Below are positions 8,563-19,238 of a stretch of DNA of 64,000 nucleotides, piece by piece. A model generated the notes under the pieces. That model made no database searches, was not told where the DNA came from, and saw nothing but the letters and a program-made list of their open reading frames with translations. A program made the translations under genes and the position numbers. Every line of letters starts with the position of its first letter. Positions within the stretch are counted from its first letter, which is position 1. Origin of the DNA: Candidatus Falkowbacteria bacterium (GTDB lineage Bacteria > Patescibacteriota > Patescibacteriia > UBA11705 > JABHMO01); assembly GCA_016214755.1 (NCBI GenBank), contig JACRNX010000031.1, positions 18,020 to 82,019 of the forward strand. The letters are read 5' to 3'.

Positions 8563-9567
8563 TTAATTTTTCGTCGGCGGATAAACTTGAACCTTCGTGA
8601 TTTTATAAATTAAATACGCAATAAAAAATATTAATAAGAAAACGCCGCCCCAGAAAAAAATCATGTTTTGGCGAAAAAGTGAGACCGCCGTCGCTCCGCC
8701 GAGAATACTTAATAAATCTAATAACAGCACTGGTTTTTTTTCCGATTTTGTGATGACGGCCAGACGATGTGACGTGTGATCTCTTCCGCCCACGCTAATT
8801 TTTTGGTGATTTAATTTCCGCATTACTACAACGAAAGTCATGTCCAACAGCGGGATAAGAAATATAAGTAACGCGACGAATAACATTTTAAGCGGTGTTT
8901 CATTTGTCTGATTAATTGCGCTGATGGCGGCGGTTGCCAAATAAAATCCGATGAAAAGACTGCCAGCGTCGCCCATAAAAATTTTTGCCGGATTAGAATT
9001 GTAAAATAAAAAACCAATCATGGTGGAGAGGAAAATGGCATTGATTATAAAGGGATTTATTTGATTAAAATGAAAGTTTATGATTAGCAGAAATAAACTT
9101 GTGAGCGCGGCGATGCCGGCTGATAGTCCGTCCATGTTATCAATGAGATTAAACGCGTTCGTGATTCCGACAATCCATAAAATCATTATTATCGCGACAA
9201 GCAGAGATATCGGCGCCGAAAAATTAACGCTTAAAATAACAATTATCGCCGCGATTAATATTTGACCGATAAGCTTCGCCCGAGCGCTTATTTTAAATAA
9301 ATCATCAACCAGGCCTAACAAAAAAATTAATGCCAAGCAAAATAATAACGCCTTATTTTGTCCCGTCTGAAGCGCGAAAATGAAGCTTGGAACGATGAAG
9401 GCGATAAAAATTCCAAGCCCGCCCAACAGCGCGGTTTCTTTTTGATGCCATCGGTCAATTCGCGGTTTCGCCGTGAACCCGCTCTTGACCGTCATTTTTA
9501 TGATAACCGGCGTTAAAATCATTATTAACGCGAATGCCAGCGCTGAATAATAAATAGCATTCAACAT
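8563..9567 (-). CDS. UDP-HexNAc:undecaprenyl-phosphate HexNAc-1-phosphate transferase (WecA/TagO/WbpL family, GT4 MraY-like)
   Basis: VDDLFKISARAKLIGQ and NAFNLIDNMDGLSAG motifs with about 10 TM helices. These are the hallmark polyprenyl-phosphate N-acetylhexosamine-1-P transferase motifs. Confidence 0.8.
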   Translation of the reverse strand: MLNAIYYSALAFALIMILTPVIIKMTVKSGFTAKPRIDRWHQKETALLGGLGIFIAFIVPSFIFALQTGQNKALLFCLALIFLLGLVDDLFKISARAKLIGQILIAAIIVILSVNFSAPISLLVAIIMILWIVGITNAFNLIDNMDGLSAGIAALTSLFLLIINFHFNQINPFIINAIFLSTMIGFLFYNSNPAKIFMGDAGSLFIGFYLATAAISAINQTNETPLKMLFVALLIFLIPLLDMTFVVVMRKLNHQKISVGGRDHTSHRLAVITKSEKKPVLLLDLLSILGGATAVSLFRQNMIFFWGGVFLLIFFIAYLIYKITKVQVYPPTKN

Positions 9568-9580
9568 AATAGCTGATGCT

Positions 9581-10540
9581 TTAAGTTATCTGGGATTCTA
9601 TCAACTTATTTATTATATCATTGATTTTCATTGTTGGGGCATAACCAATCGCCGACGCGATTTTCTCGATTGATGGCAGTCGTCGCGCCATATCCTCATA
9701 TCCTTCCGCGTAAGCGTTTTGATATGGAATAAACACGATTTTAGAACTGCAGCCGGTCGCCTTGATCACGCGTTCAGCCAATTCTTTAATGCTAATTTCT
9801 TCTTGACTGCCGATATTATAAACATTGCCGACAGCCATTGGACAATTTATTAATTCAATTAACGCGTTCACGACGTCTTTAACGTAAGTGAAACAGCGCG
9901 TCTGCGTTCCGTCGCCGTAAATCGTAATGTCTTCGTTATTTAAAGCTTGCTTGATAAATCTGGGCAGAACCATGCCGTAGGCGCCGGTTTGGCGCGGACC
10001 GACGGTATTGAATAATCTGACTATTATTGTCGGAATTTTTTTTTCTTTCCAATACAAATACGCCATCACCTCGTCAACGGCCTTGGCGGTCGAATAACTC
10101 CAACGAATTTTTTGCGGGCAGCCCAGAACTCGGTCGCCATCTTCTTTTAATGGAAAATCTTGGCACTTTCCGTAAATTTCCGAGGTGGAAGTCAATAACA
10201 CTTTTTTGCCGAATTGGTTCGCGCTGTTTAACACGTTTTCAGTGCCGTGAATGTTTGTCTTTAACGATTCAAGCGGTTTCTCCATTATTAAATTAACGCC
10301 GACCGCCGCCGCCAGATGAAAAATAAAATCAGCGTCAGCCACGGCTTCATTTACCAATCTTTCATCAAGCACCGAACCTTGAATGAATTGAAAATCTTTG
10401 TTGTCCCGATGATGGGCGATATTTCGCAATGAACCAGTTGATAAATCGTCCAGCGCGACGATTTGGTTTCCTCTTAAAAGCAATTCATCCGCCAAATGAG
10501 AGCCGATAAAACCAGCTCCGCCGGTAATTAAAAATTTCAT
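9581..10540 (-). CDS. NAD-dependent nucleotide-sugar epimerase/dehydratase (UXS/ArnA-C-terminal-like SDR)
   Basis: MKFLITGGAGFIGSHL glycine motif; LLTSTSEIYG and YSTAKAVDE catalytic region resembling UDP-glucuronate decarboxylase family members. Confidence 0.7.
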   Translation of the reverse strand: MKFLITGGAGFIGSHLADELLLRGNQIVALDDLSTGSLRNIAHHRDNKDFQFIQGSVLDERLVNEAVADADFIFHLAAAVGVNLIMEKPLESLKTNIHGTENVLNSANQFGKKVLLTSTSEIYGKCQDFPLKEDGDRVLGCPQKIRWSYSTAKAVDEVMAYLYWKEKKIPTIIVRLFNTVGPRQTGAYGMVLPRFIKQALNNEDITIYGDGTQTRCFTYVKDVVNALIELINCPMAVGNVYNIGSQEEISIKELAERVIKATGCSSKIVFIPYQNAYAEGYEDMARRLPSIEKIASAIGYAPTMKINDIINKLIESQIT

Positions 10541-11682
10541 AATTTATAAAATAATGTTTTTTGATTAAATAGCGATTGATAGAGCGACAGCGTTTGTTCG
10601 TTTATCCGGCGCAGATCAAAGTTTTCGCGGATATGTTTGACGCCGCATTCGCCCATTTTTCTTCGCCGCTCTTTGTCAAACAATTTTATGGTCGCTTCAA
10701 CGAATTGAACGACGCTGTTTGGCGGGAACAGGAAACCAGAACAATTATCGGAAACGACTTCGTCTAATGGCGCGATTTTGCTGGAAATAACCGGAATACC
10801 GCAGGCTTGCGCTTCGGCGAAAACCACGCCAAAACCCTCTCGCCATGTCGGTAAAAAGAAAATATCAAACGCTTGCAAATATGGCAATACGTCGTTTATG
10901 TATCCAAGCAGATGAATTTTTTCATTCAGTCCGCGCGCGGTTATCATTTTTTCAAATTTTTCCCGCTGTTCGCCTTCGCCAAGAATCAAAAATTCCACGT
11001 TAAAATTAGTTTTAAGCGCGTCCGCGCATTCAATTATTGTTTCAATCCCCTTGTCGTTGACCAGTCTTGAAATCGCGCCGACGATGATTTTCTCAATCGG
11101 AATGTTGAGACGCCGGCGAAATTCCACTTTCTGCTCGTCGCCGCATGGCTTGAAGCGTTCAAGATCAATTCCCATGTAAATTTGATGAACCTTGCTTTCA
11201 GGCGCGACCTTGAACGATTGACCGTAACGTTTAACTTCCTTACTGTCAACGATTATCGCGTCGCATAGTTTCCCCGCCAGTTTTTCTAAATATAAATAGT
11301 ACTTTTTTTTCCAAAACGATAAAAATGGATGAAACGGCCAGGCGTGGGCGGTATGGATTATAATAGGCACCTTTTCCGTCCAGGCCGCTATGCGGCCGAT
11401 AAATCCAGCTTTCGCGGTTTGAGTGTGGACCAAATCAAAATTTCCATCCTGAATTATTTTTTTTATTTTGAAAAGAGAAATGATGTCTTTGATCGGATTG
11501 ATTCCGCGCGCGATTTCGATTTCATGGCATTTAAAACCTTGTTGCCGCACGAATTCAGCCTGGCTGCCAATCCCCGCGATTGCTTCAACATAAAATCCCC
11601 GATTCCTTATGAATCGCATGAAATCCAAACTAAATTCTTTTATGCTTGACGGAATAGTCGCGATGAAAAGCACTTTTTTCAT
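10537..11682 (-). CDS. glycosyltransferase family 4 (GT-B)
   Basis: C-terminal EGFGVVFAEAQACGIPVISS (E-x7-E) motif, 381 aa. 4-nt overlap with neighbours. Confidence 0.8.
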   Translation of the reverse strand: MKKVLFIATIPSSIKEFSLDFMRFIRNRGFYVEAIAGIGSQAEFVRQQGFKCHEIEIARGINPIKDIISLFKIKKIIQDGNFDLVHTQTAKAGFIGRIAAWTEKVPIIIHTAHAWPFHPFLSFWKKKYYLYLEKLAGKLCDAIIVDSKEVKRYGQSFKVAPESKVHQIYMGIDLERFKPCGDEQKVEFRRRLNIPIEKIIVGAISRLVNDKGIETIIECADALKTNFNVEFLILGEGEQREKFEKMITARGLNEKIHLLGYINDVLPYLQAFDIFFLPTWREGFGVVFAEAQACGIPVISSKIAPLDEVVSDNCSGFLFPPNSVVQFVEATIKLFDKERRRKMGECGVKHIRENFDLRRINEQTLSLYQSLFNQKTLFYKL

Positions 11683-12671
11683 ATAATTCCTGCGGACTTC
11701 ATGTAATTTATTGTTTCCGCGATACCGCGTTCGTGGCCAATTTTTTCAATTCCGCTTAATTGAAATTCCGCGTTTTTGGTACCGTAAACGCTTGGACATG
11801 TTAAAATTTTGTACGCGACATATGTTATTGGCGACGGCAATTTCAAATAACGAAATCCGCTGCCAACAATGGAAAGCGGCCAGGCGATTGCTTTCGGTAT
11901 AGTGTGAATCTTATTGCTTAATCCAAGCTGTTTTTGCACTAAAACGCAAAACTCACGCCATTCAATGGGCTCATTGATCGAGAATATTTTGTTGTTTTCC
12001 GAATTTTCAGTTTGGGCAAGGGCAAGAAGAGCGCGAATTACGTCGTGAATGTATATTATATTATAGAATGATTTTTGCTCGCCGACAAAACAAAAGTAGC
12101 CACGTTTAATCGCCTTGACGATTCTGAAAAAATTATTATTTTCTTTGGCGCCAGGGCCGTAAATAATGCTCGGTCTAATTATAACAGCCGGAAATCCCAG
12201 TGAAATTTGGTTTCTAATAAAAATCTCGGCCTCGTATTTTGTCTTTTCGTATTGATTTCGAGGGAGGCAAATTGCTTCTTCGCTAATAACTTTTTCTTTG
12301 TGCCTATTTCCAAAAACGCAAATGCTTGAAAGGAAGATGAATTTTTTTATTTTTGCGGAGTCCTTTAGACGCTCAACGATCTTTTTAGTGCCTATTACAT
12401 TAATTTGCGTCATTAGTTTTTTATTGAAATTTTCCACGGCCAAATGAAAGACATAATCGCTGTTTTGCCCAAAATTATTTAAACTAAAAAGGTCGCCATG
12501 GACAATGGTTGTTCTCGTTTGCCAATTAGAAGGCAACGAAGACATTGATTGGCGGGTAAGAATTTCAACGTTGGTGCCGGCGTCAATAAGAAGTTCCGTC
12601 AAGTGTTTACCGACGAAACCAGTCGCTCCGGTAATGGACACGGTTTTATTTTTAAATATTTGATTTAACAT
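11679..12671 (-). CDS. NAD-dependent epimerase/dehydratase family protein (SDR)
   Basis: VSITGATGFVGKHL Rossmann motif and a YxxxK region (YEKTKYEAE). Confidence 0.65.
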   Translation of the reverse strand: MLNQIFKNKTVSITGATGFVGKHLTELLIDAGTNVEILTRQSMSSLPSNWQTRTTIVHGDLFSLNNFGQNSDYVFHLAVENFNKKLMTQINVIGTKKIVERLKDSAKIKKFIFLSSICVFGNRHKEKVISEEAICLPRNQYEKTKYEAEIFIRNQISLGFPAVIIRPSIIYGPGAKENNNFFRIVKAIKRGYFCFVGEQKSFYNIIYIHDVIRALLALAQTENSENNKIFSINEPIEWREFCVLVQKQLGLSNKIHTIPKAIAWPLSIVGSGFRYLKLPSPITYVAYKILTCPSVYGTKNAEFQLSGIEKIGHERGIAETINYMKSAGII

Positions 12672-13955
12672 TTAAATGATTGAAATGTTTATTGTTTTTT
12701 TCTTTGTTAAAAAAGCGGCGTACGCCAAAAGAACAAAAAATATGAACGACGATTCAAGTTGTGGCGCGCTTGAAGTGCTGATAATATAAGACAAAAAACT
12801 TAATAATAAATAATATGGCAACATCTCTGTTTTGTGTTTTTCGTGGAATCGCCATAGCGACACGAGAAGAGAATAGATTAAACCTAAAAACGCTAGAAAA
12901 CCGAATACGCCGCTTTCAATGTAAAAAGCTATTGCCAACGGCAAATCTGAACGGAGTTCGAATTTTGATATTTGGGACATATGTTTCACCACGGCGCCCG
13001 TTCCGTATCCAAGAATTGGTTTTTTCGCGATGTCTTCCAATGTAATTTTCAACCCATCAACGCGTTTGAAAAATGTGCTTTGTTCGCGCTGGATTTTCGT
13101 TACGCTTTCTGAAAATGTGTATTGCCAAAATCCCGCCGGCACGGCCCGGTTGATTATTATGATGGAAACCAAAATTATTGTGGATGACAGTAAAATGTTT
13201 TTAATTTGCTGGCGGGAGAGTTTTTGCAGAAACAATGATATAACGAAAGAAACAGAAACCGCGATAATCGCCGCTCTGACTTGTGTGGTCAGTAACGCAA
13301 GCGCGACCATGATTGTCTCCATCAATTTATAAACTTTCGCTGATTTTTTTTTCTCGCGCAAAAAATCGTAAAGCACTAGAAAAAAAATAATCGAGAAAAA
13401 GAATCCAAATGATTGAGACCCTCCATACGGTCCCTTGCTGACCATAAGCCCTTCTATACGCCATAATTCAAAGTTCAAATTTAAACTCGGATTCGCCAGC
13501 CAAGCGAACCTGAACTGGTCGTAAATTCCGCGCTGTAAAATAAATTCTATTATGGCGACGATGGCCATGCCAACGCCGAGAAAAGTAATCGTCTTAAAGA
13601 TTTTTCGCCATTCTTCGTCTGTTTTAATTTGGTCGCTTAAAATGAAGAAGATTACATAATAATACAGTAAATATCCAATCCAAACAACGGTTGATTGAAT
13701 TAATTTATCCGCCGCGAAAATTGAAATGAATTGAGCGATGATTAATAACAGTAAAAAATTAGTGATGTTGCCTTTATATAAATGAAAGCATTCTCCATGC
13801 ACTGCTTTTTTTATAAGCCAGCTGAATATAAGGAGAATCATTAAAATTCGAGGCAAATCCAACGTGGGCACGCCGTGTCCGAAATAAAAACCTGTTCCTT
13901 GCGGCAAGAAAGGTATGGCAAATATGCAAAAATATAAAAAATATTTAAAAGACAT
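12672..13955 (-). CDS. O-antigen polymerase/ligase-family membrane protein (Wzy or WaaL/O-oligosaccharyltransferase-like)
   Basis: 427 aa, 10-12 TM helices with a larger extracytoplasmic loop in the C-terminal half. Assigned from topology and locus context together with Wzx, Wzz and WecA. Confidence 0.4.
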   Translation of the reverse strand: MSFKYFLYFCIFAIPFLPQGTGFYFGHGVPTLDLPRILMILLIFSWLIKKAVHGECFHLYKGNITNFLLLLIIAQFISIFAADKLIQSTVVWIGYLLYYYVIFFILSDQIKTDEEWRKIFKTITFLGVGMAIVAIIEFILQRGIYDQFRFAWLANPSLNLNFELWRIEGLMVSKGPYGGSQSFGFFFSIIFFLVLYDFLREKKKSAKVYKLMETIMVALALLTTQVRAAIIAVSVSFVISLFLQKLSRQQIKNILLSSTIILVSIIIINRAVPAGFWQYTFSESVTKIQREQSTFFKRVDGLKITLEDIAKKPILGYGTGAVVKHMSQISKFELRSDLPLAIAFYIESGVFGFLAFLGLIYSLLVSLWRFHEKHKTEMLPYYLLLSFLSYIISTSSAPQLESSFIFFVLLAYAAFLTKKKTINISII

Positions 13956-13956
13956 A

Positions 13957-15933
13957 TTATTGTTTCATCAATTTTTCCCAACGCGTCATCGCTTCGTCTA
14001 AATGCCAATACTGCTTGACGAAATACTGAATTTTCTCTCGGTTATTTTGTGACGATTTTAATACCAATTCATTAATTTTCTCTCTTAATTCATCAACGCT
14101 ATATGTTTTCGCATAAAATTCTTCGTGTCCTTTCAGCGGCGACATAAACATCCAAGCGCTTAATACTGGAATCACGACATAACAGCCGAGCGCCAGCGCT
14201 TCCAGCGCCACGGCTGAATCGCCGACTATAAGGATTTTCGCGTTTTGAAGCAATTCATTTATTGGCCTTTGTCTAATGCAAAAATTATTTTCAATGGACT
14301 CGATTTCTAATTTTTTAAAGACGCCATCGAGCGGAAGCGTTGGATGTCCTTTAAACCATATTTTAAATGAATTCGTACCATAAAACGCGCTTTTGACGAG
14401 CGAAATTATTTCTTCTGTCTCCGCGCGGCTGGCTGAAGTCGCGACAACGATTAAGTTATCTTTTGGAGGAAGAATTTGTCTCAACTTTTCATTAAGATAT
14501 AAAAACCGCGTCGCTTCGATTTCTTCCACGCGCGGATAATACGATTGCCTCAATAACGAAGCAGTAATTCCGCCATTGGCCGCGACAACATCATCGACAG
14601 GATAATCATATTTATTTTTTGAAATTTCAACTTGATCGCGGAAATAGAAAAAATAATTCGACGAAACGGAAGTGTGGACATAGCCGATTGTCTCCATCGT
14701 TGGCACGAACATCCGCTTGGCCGCGTTAAGAGCGATTTCCCACGTGTGCATTTCCGCGAAATGCAAGCATTTGCCAGAAAGGGGTAGTCGTTTAAAAGCG
14801 TTGCAAAATAATTCAAGATAGATCAAACTTTCCAATCCCTGCCAACCAACGAAAGAACGGTCGTTCATTTTTTTTATTATCACCGAATAGTCGTTTTGAC
14901 CGAATAACCGCGTGATTTCAGCGTTTAATTTTGTTTTAACCCTTAAATATCTATGTGCCAGCGATGCCCATTGTCGGCAAACGCGCAAAACGCCGGCAAT
15001 AGTTAAAAATTGTTCGAGCAAATAACCATTTTCACCTTTGCTTCGCAGTTGTTTCGCCAGATGAACCGCGTCGCCGTAAGTTCGATTATCAACATAAACG
15101 AACAGCCACAACCAAATAATTTTTTCTTTTATGCTTTTTATCAAGGGTTCGAGTTTCCCCAAAAATTTATTTTCTAATTGTCCATTCTTGACTTTAGCTG
15201 GATCCGCGCACGGAAAATAACTGCAGATTAATAACCCATTATCCTGACTGCCAGCGAATATGGGAATTCGGCCGAGAGCGATTCTTACCTGGATTGCCCG
15301 AATCATCCGGCAGACAAACGTTAAAAAAGCTCTGGCAAAAATTATCGGCAGTCGGTTAGATTGATGCAAGTATCGTTTGATAAGTTTCGATCTTGAAATG
15401 TTTTTCCGCTGTTTACTTTTTAACGCTATGTATTTAATTTTCCGTTGTTGACAAATCGCGCTGATCGCTTGTTTTAATTCCCTATCTTCAACAACGATAC
15501 AGCAATGACTAATATCATAAATGTCAATCGCGCTGGCGATTGCTTCCAGCTGGGCGATCTTAAATAATCCCGAGTTTTTTATCGTATTCTTTTCCGCCAA
15601 TTGCGAGAACCACCAGGCGGAAACATCTCTCCGCGCGATATAAAAATATTGTTTAACATTAACGCCATTGACTATAATTTCACCAGCCGCGCCGATTAAC
15701 TTGGCTATCCTTTCGCGCAGTTTATCAACTTCTCGGTCAATGCTGGCCGCTGTCGGCAGGACTTCCGGATTTATATTGTTTTTTTTAAATAACGCGGATT
15801 TAACAGAGTTAATTATGTCCGGATTCGAAGTCAACGGGAAAAGGAGGCCTTTGCTCTTTGGACAATCCGCTGATTTAATTTTCAATATTGACGACGCGTC
15901 AATCGCATTGTCAAAAATAAATAAATTTTTCAT
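13957..15933 (-). CDS. large soluble protein, possible GT-B-fold glycosyltransferase-like or surface-carbohydrate biosynthesis protein
   Basis: 658 aa. The C-terminal KILIVGDSAVALEALALGCYVVIP resembles the GT-B C-terminal EX7E-like region. No firm family assignment from sequence alone. Confidence 0.3.
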   Translation of the reverse strand: MKNLFIFDNAIDASSILKIKSADCPKSKGLLFPLTSNPDIINSVKSALFKKNNINPEVLPTAASIDREVDKLRERIAKLIGAAGEIIVNGVNVKQYFYIARRDVSAWWFSQLAEKNTIKNSGLFKIAQLEAIASAIDIYDISHCCIVVEDRELKQAISAICQQRKIKYIALKSKQRKNISRSKLIKRYLHQSNRLPIIFARAFLTFVCRMIRAIQVRIALGRIPIFAGSQDNGLLICSYFPCADPAKVKNGQLENKFLGKLEPLIKSIKEKIIWLWLFVYVDNRTYGDAVHLAKQLRSKGENGYLLEQFLTIAGVLRVCRQWASLAHRYLRVKTKLNAEITRLFGQNDYSVIIKKMNDRSFVGWQGLESLIYLELFCNAFKRLPLSGKCLHFAEMHTWEIALNAAKRMFVPTMETIGYVHTSVSSNYFFYFRDQVEISKNKYDYPVDDVVAANGGITASLLRQSYYPRVEEIEATRFLYLNEKLRQILPPKDNLIVVATSASRAETEEIISLVKSAFYGTNSFKIWFKGHPTLPLDGVFKKLEIESIENNFCIRQRPINELLQNAKILIVGDSAVALEALALGCYVVIPVLSAWMFMSPLKGHEEFYAKTYSVDELREKINELVLKSSQNNREKIQYFVKQYWHLDEAMTRWEKLMKQ

Positions 15934-16895
15934 CGGGTAAATAGTTTGTTCAATCGGAAACGAAAATATATTTTTTCTAAAAAATTTATAAAATTTTGCG
16001 GAAAAAATGAAATGACATAGGCGAGAAAAAATTTTATGCTCTTCTTGACATGGGGGCGAAGTGTCCGCCTCGCTTCATGACCGCGGCCTTCAAACCACAG
16101 ACCGAGCCCTTGATAATAGATAGCGACGTCTTCCAGCGCCCGCAATTCATCGCTATATTCAAGACCGATTCTAGAGTCAAGATTTTTTAGGATATCGATT
16201 ATCATTTTCGTTTCCGCGGAATAAAGCAAAAATTTTTTATGCGTCATGCTGTTCGGATTTATGCGCCATTTCGTCAGCGGCTCGGGGACGTATCCAGCGG
16301 AAAAATAATAACACAAACGCAACCACAGCTCCCAGTCCTCGCCAACATGGAAAAGCGGATTAAAGATTGAATTCAGCGAGAGCAAATGTTTTTTCCGGCA
16401 CATGGCCGAAGACAAGGTGATAAAATCTTTTTTTAATAAATGCTCAAAAATTCGTCCGCTTGGCGGCGGTTCATCGTTTTCGCGAAAATCAACGACTTCA
16501 TAATTGTTCTGAAATTTTACTGTGTTAGTGTAAACGAGCGCCAGGTTGTCGTCAGTGCTAAAAATTTGCAGCTGCTTTTCAAGCTTTTCAGGCAGCCAAA
16601 TATCGTCGCAATCAAGGAAGGCGATGAATTCGCCTCGCGCTTCGGCGACCGCTTTATTTCTCGCTTCGCCAAGCGGCAAGTTGATCGCGCCATGAAAATA
16701 TCGCAACCGGCTATCGTAATTTTTCGCAATGCCGGCGCTCGCGTCCGTTGACGCGTTATCCCAAAAAATAATTTCCCAGCCGCTGATTGTCTGCCGGTAA
16801 ACCGAATCAATCGCCTCTTTTAAAAATTCGGCGGAATTGTAGCAATTCATTATTACGCTGACTCTTGGCTGTGTCGCTTGTTTGATTGTTTCCAT
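15930..16895 (-). CDS. glycosyltransferase family 2
   Basis: VSVIMNCYNSAEFL ... WDNASTDAS ... AFLDCDDIW, the classic GT2 DxD-containing N-terminal domain. Confidence 0.85.
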   Translation of the reverse strand: METIKQATQPRVSVIMNCYNSAEFLKEAIDSVYRQTISGWEIIFWDNASTDASAGIAKNYDSRLRYFHGAINLPLGEARNKAVAEARGEFIAFLDCDDIWLPEKLEKQLQIFSTDDNLALVYTNTVKFQNNYEVVDFRENDEPPPSGRIFEHLLKKDFITLSSAMCRKKHLLSLNSIFNPLFHVGEDWELWLRLCYYFSAGYVPEPLTKWRINPNSMTHKKFLLYSAETKMIIDILKNLDSRIGLEYSDELRALEDVAIYYQGLGLWFEGRGHEARRTLRPHVKKSIKFFLAYVISFFPQNFINFLEKIYFRFRLNKLFTR

Positions 16896-16896
16896 G

Positions 16897-17337
16897 TTAT
16901 TTCCATTGATAAGGAATTATTGAGTTGTTGTTTATTTCCGAGGAAATCGCCTCGGTCGGATCATGGGGTTCGTTAATCAAGCTGGCAATCATGGCTGGAA
17001 ACTCGCTAAGACATTTCCATGAATACCAAACGCCAGCCGGCATTTTGATTAAATTGTAAGCGCTTTCCCCACATCCAATTTCCTGGATTTGGCCTTTAGT
17101 CAACGAATCAACACGATCATCAAAGACAACAAATTTAATCGCTCCGATCGGCACACTGAAAAGTTGCGTCGAGCGCGAATGTTTTTTCCATCCTTTGATA
17201 ACACCTGGGTTGATGAAAGAAAAATAAATTTCGCCAAAACGTTCAAAAAACGGCGTGTTTACGTCAGCCATCTTCATTACTTTGCCGCGATTGTCCGCCA
17301 TGATTCTGAGCGGCGCGATTTCAAGACCTTGAATCAT
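16897..17337 (-). CDS. cupin-fold sugar ketoisomerase/epimerase (FdtA/WxcM-like)
   Basis: 146 aa. The pattern D-RG-x-PF-xR-YxxF-GxxxG-H-H...DD parallels FdtA/WxcM-type NDP-4-keto-6-deoxyhexose 3,4-ketoisomerases. Located directly between rfbG and the aminotransferases. Confidence 0.55.
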   Translation of the reverse strand: MIQGLEIAPLRIMADNRGKVMKMADVNTPFFERFGEIYFSFINPGVIKGWKKHSRSTQLFSVPIGAIKFVVFDDRVDSLTKGQIQEIGCGESAYNLIKMPAGVWYSWKCLSEFPAMIASLINEPHDPTEAISSEINNNSIIPYQWK

Positions 17338-17369
17338 AAAAAAGTATTTAATTAAAAATCATTGAAAAA

Positions 17370-18488
17370 TTATTTCGTCCATTCAAGATTTTCGACAGCC
17401 GCCTTGTCAACATAATGGCTAATTTGCGAATTAGCGAAATCGAACATATTTACGCCGCCGAAATAAAAACGCCGATACCAATCCACTGTCAATTTGATTG
17501 TCTCTTCAAAGCCAAGAATCGCGCGCCAATGCAGTTCATTAAGCGCTTTGTCGCAATTTAATTTTAATAAAGTGCATTCTTTCTGTTCTAGGTTTTCCGT
17601 CTCTTGCCGAAAATTTCCTTGACCCCAATGCTTGATGATTTCTTTGACCATTTCAGAAACAGGTTGGATAACCTTATTGTCTGGTCCGAAATTATATGCT
17701 TGCCCGTCATGGCGCGTCGGCTCAATAATTAATTGACGTCCAAGCCATAAATAACCGCTAAGCGGTTCGAGAACATGTTGCCACGGCCGCGTCGCTCTCG
17801 GCGATCGAATGTTAATGATTTCATTCCGACTTAACGAACGTATGCAATCCGGCACGATGCGATCCTCCGCCCAATCGCCGCCGCCAATGACATTGCCGGC
17901 GCGCGTGGTAGCGATGTTCAAGTTCGGATTATTTTTAAAAAATGAGAATTGATACGAACGGCAAGCGATCTCAACGCACGCCTTTGACGCGCTGTACGGG
18001 TCGTCGCCGCCGAGCTCATCGTCTTCGCGATAGCCCCACGCCCATTCTTTATTACGATAGCTTTTGTCGCTCGTAATCACGACCACGGCTTTGATGCAGG
18101 GAGCGTCTTTAACGCATTCAAGCAAATTGACCGCTCCCATTAAATTTGATTCAAATGTCAAACGCGGTTCTTTGAAGGATTTTTTGACAATGGGCTGGGC
18201 CGCCAGATGGAAAATTATTTCCGGTTGGAATTCCATGATCGCGCGCCGTAAAGCGGCCAAATCGCGAGTGTCGTTTTCGTAATGTTTGATTTTATTTTGC
18301 AAATCTAAAACTTGGAAATTGCACGGCGACGACGGCAGGTAAGCCGAATAACCGGCTACCTTGGCGCCAAGCCCCAGCAACCATAAAGCCAACCACGAAC
18401 CTTTAAATCCAGTGTGGCCGGTGATCAGCACGCGCTTGTTTTGATAAATGCCGCCGAATAAATTCAATTGATTTACCATATTTTCCAT
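17370..18488 (-). CDS. rfbG: CDP-glucose 4,6-dehydratase
   Basis: VLITGHTGFKGSWLALWL, ITSDKSYRNKEWAWGYRE, AGNVIGGGDWAEDRIVPD and RPWQHVLEPLSGY are near-identical to RfbG/DdhB signatures. Confidence 0.9.
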   Translation of the reverse strand: MENMVNQLNLFGGIYQNKRVLITGHTGFKGSWLALWLLGLGAKVAGYSAYLPSSPCNFQVLDLQNKIKHYENDTRDLAALRRAIMEFQPEIIFHLAAQPIVKKSFKEPRLTFESNLMGAVNLLECVKDAPCIKAVVVITSDKSYRNKEWAWGYREDDELGGDDPYSASKACVEIACRSYQFSFFKNNPNLNIATTRAGNVIGGGDWAEDRIVPDCIRSLSRNEIINIRSPRATRPWQHVLEPLSGYLWLGRQLIIEPTRHDGQAYNFGPDNKVIQPVSEMVKEIIKHWGQGNFRQETENLEQKECTLLKLNCDKALNELHWRAILGFEETIKLTVDWYRRFYFGGVNMFDFANSQISHYVDKAAVENLEWTK

Positions 18489-19237
18489 TTGGCTTGATTA
18501 TTGTTCCAAAGGTCGTTTAAAAATTTATAGTCACGGTACGTATCCATGCATTGCCAAAATCCATCGTGTTTGTACATTGCCACTTGTTTTTCCGCGGCTA
18601 TTTTCTGCATCGGCTCAACTTCCCATTCGCAATCGCCGTCTATGTAATTTAACGCGTCGCGATTTATGACAAAAAATCCGCCGTTGATATATGATTCCAG
18701 TTGTTTTTTCTCGCTCCAGCCCACGATTTCGCCGTTGATGTCAGTTTCAATCGTAGCGAAACGGGAAATTGGATGAATGCCCGTGAAAGTTACTTTTTTC
18801 CCGTGCGCGTTGTGGAAATCAACTAGATTTTTAATGTTTATGTCAGCAACGCCGTCGCCATATGTCAGCATAAACTTATCAGTAGTAATGTGCGGAGCGA
18901 CGATTTTTAGCCGGCCGCCTTTTTTTGTTTCTTGTCCGGTGTTAACTAACGTTACATTCCAATTTTCCGAATGATTATCGTGATAATACAGCCCTTGCTG
19001 ATTCAGGTTAATCGTGAAACTGGAATTCAAATGCGCGTAACGCATAAAATAATCCTTGATAATTTCTTGCTTGTAGCCGAGGCATAAAATGAAATCATTA
19101 TAGCCATAATGGGCGTATAGTTTCATTATATGCCAGACAATCGGCCGATCGCCGATTTTAATCATTGGTTTCGGCTTGTCATCGGTTTCTTCGCGAATGC
19201 GCATTCCTTGGCCGCCGCATAAAATTACGACCTTCAT
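18473..19237 (-). CDS. rfbF: glucose-1-phosphate cytidylyltransferase
   Basis: MKVVILCGGQGMRIREETDDKPKPM, LTYGDGVADINI, INGGFFV and DGFWQCMDTYRD closely match RfbF/DdhA. Confidence 0.9.
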   Translation of the reverse strand: MKVVILCGGQGMRIREETDDKPKPMIKIGDRPIVWHIMKLYAHYGYNDFILCLGYKQEIIKDYFMRYAHLNSSFTINLNQQGLYYHDNHSENWNVTLVNTGQETKKGGRLKIVAPHITTDKFMLTYGDGVADINIKNLVDFHNAHGKKVTFTGIHPISRFATIETDINGEIVGWSEKKQLESYINGGFFVINRDALNYIDGDCEWEVEPMQKIAAEKQVAMYKHDGFWQCMDTYRDYKFLNDLWNNNQAKWKIW

Positions 19238-19238
19238 A

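Noticed and set aside
14550-14816. 88-aa minus-strand ORF nested in 13957..15933
   Set aside because: It is an alternative frame within a longer, better-supported ORF on the same strand.
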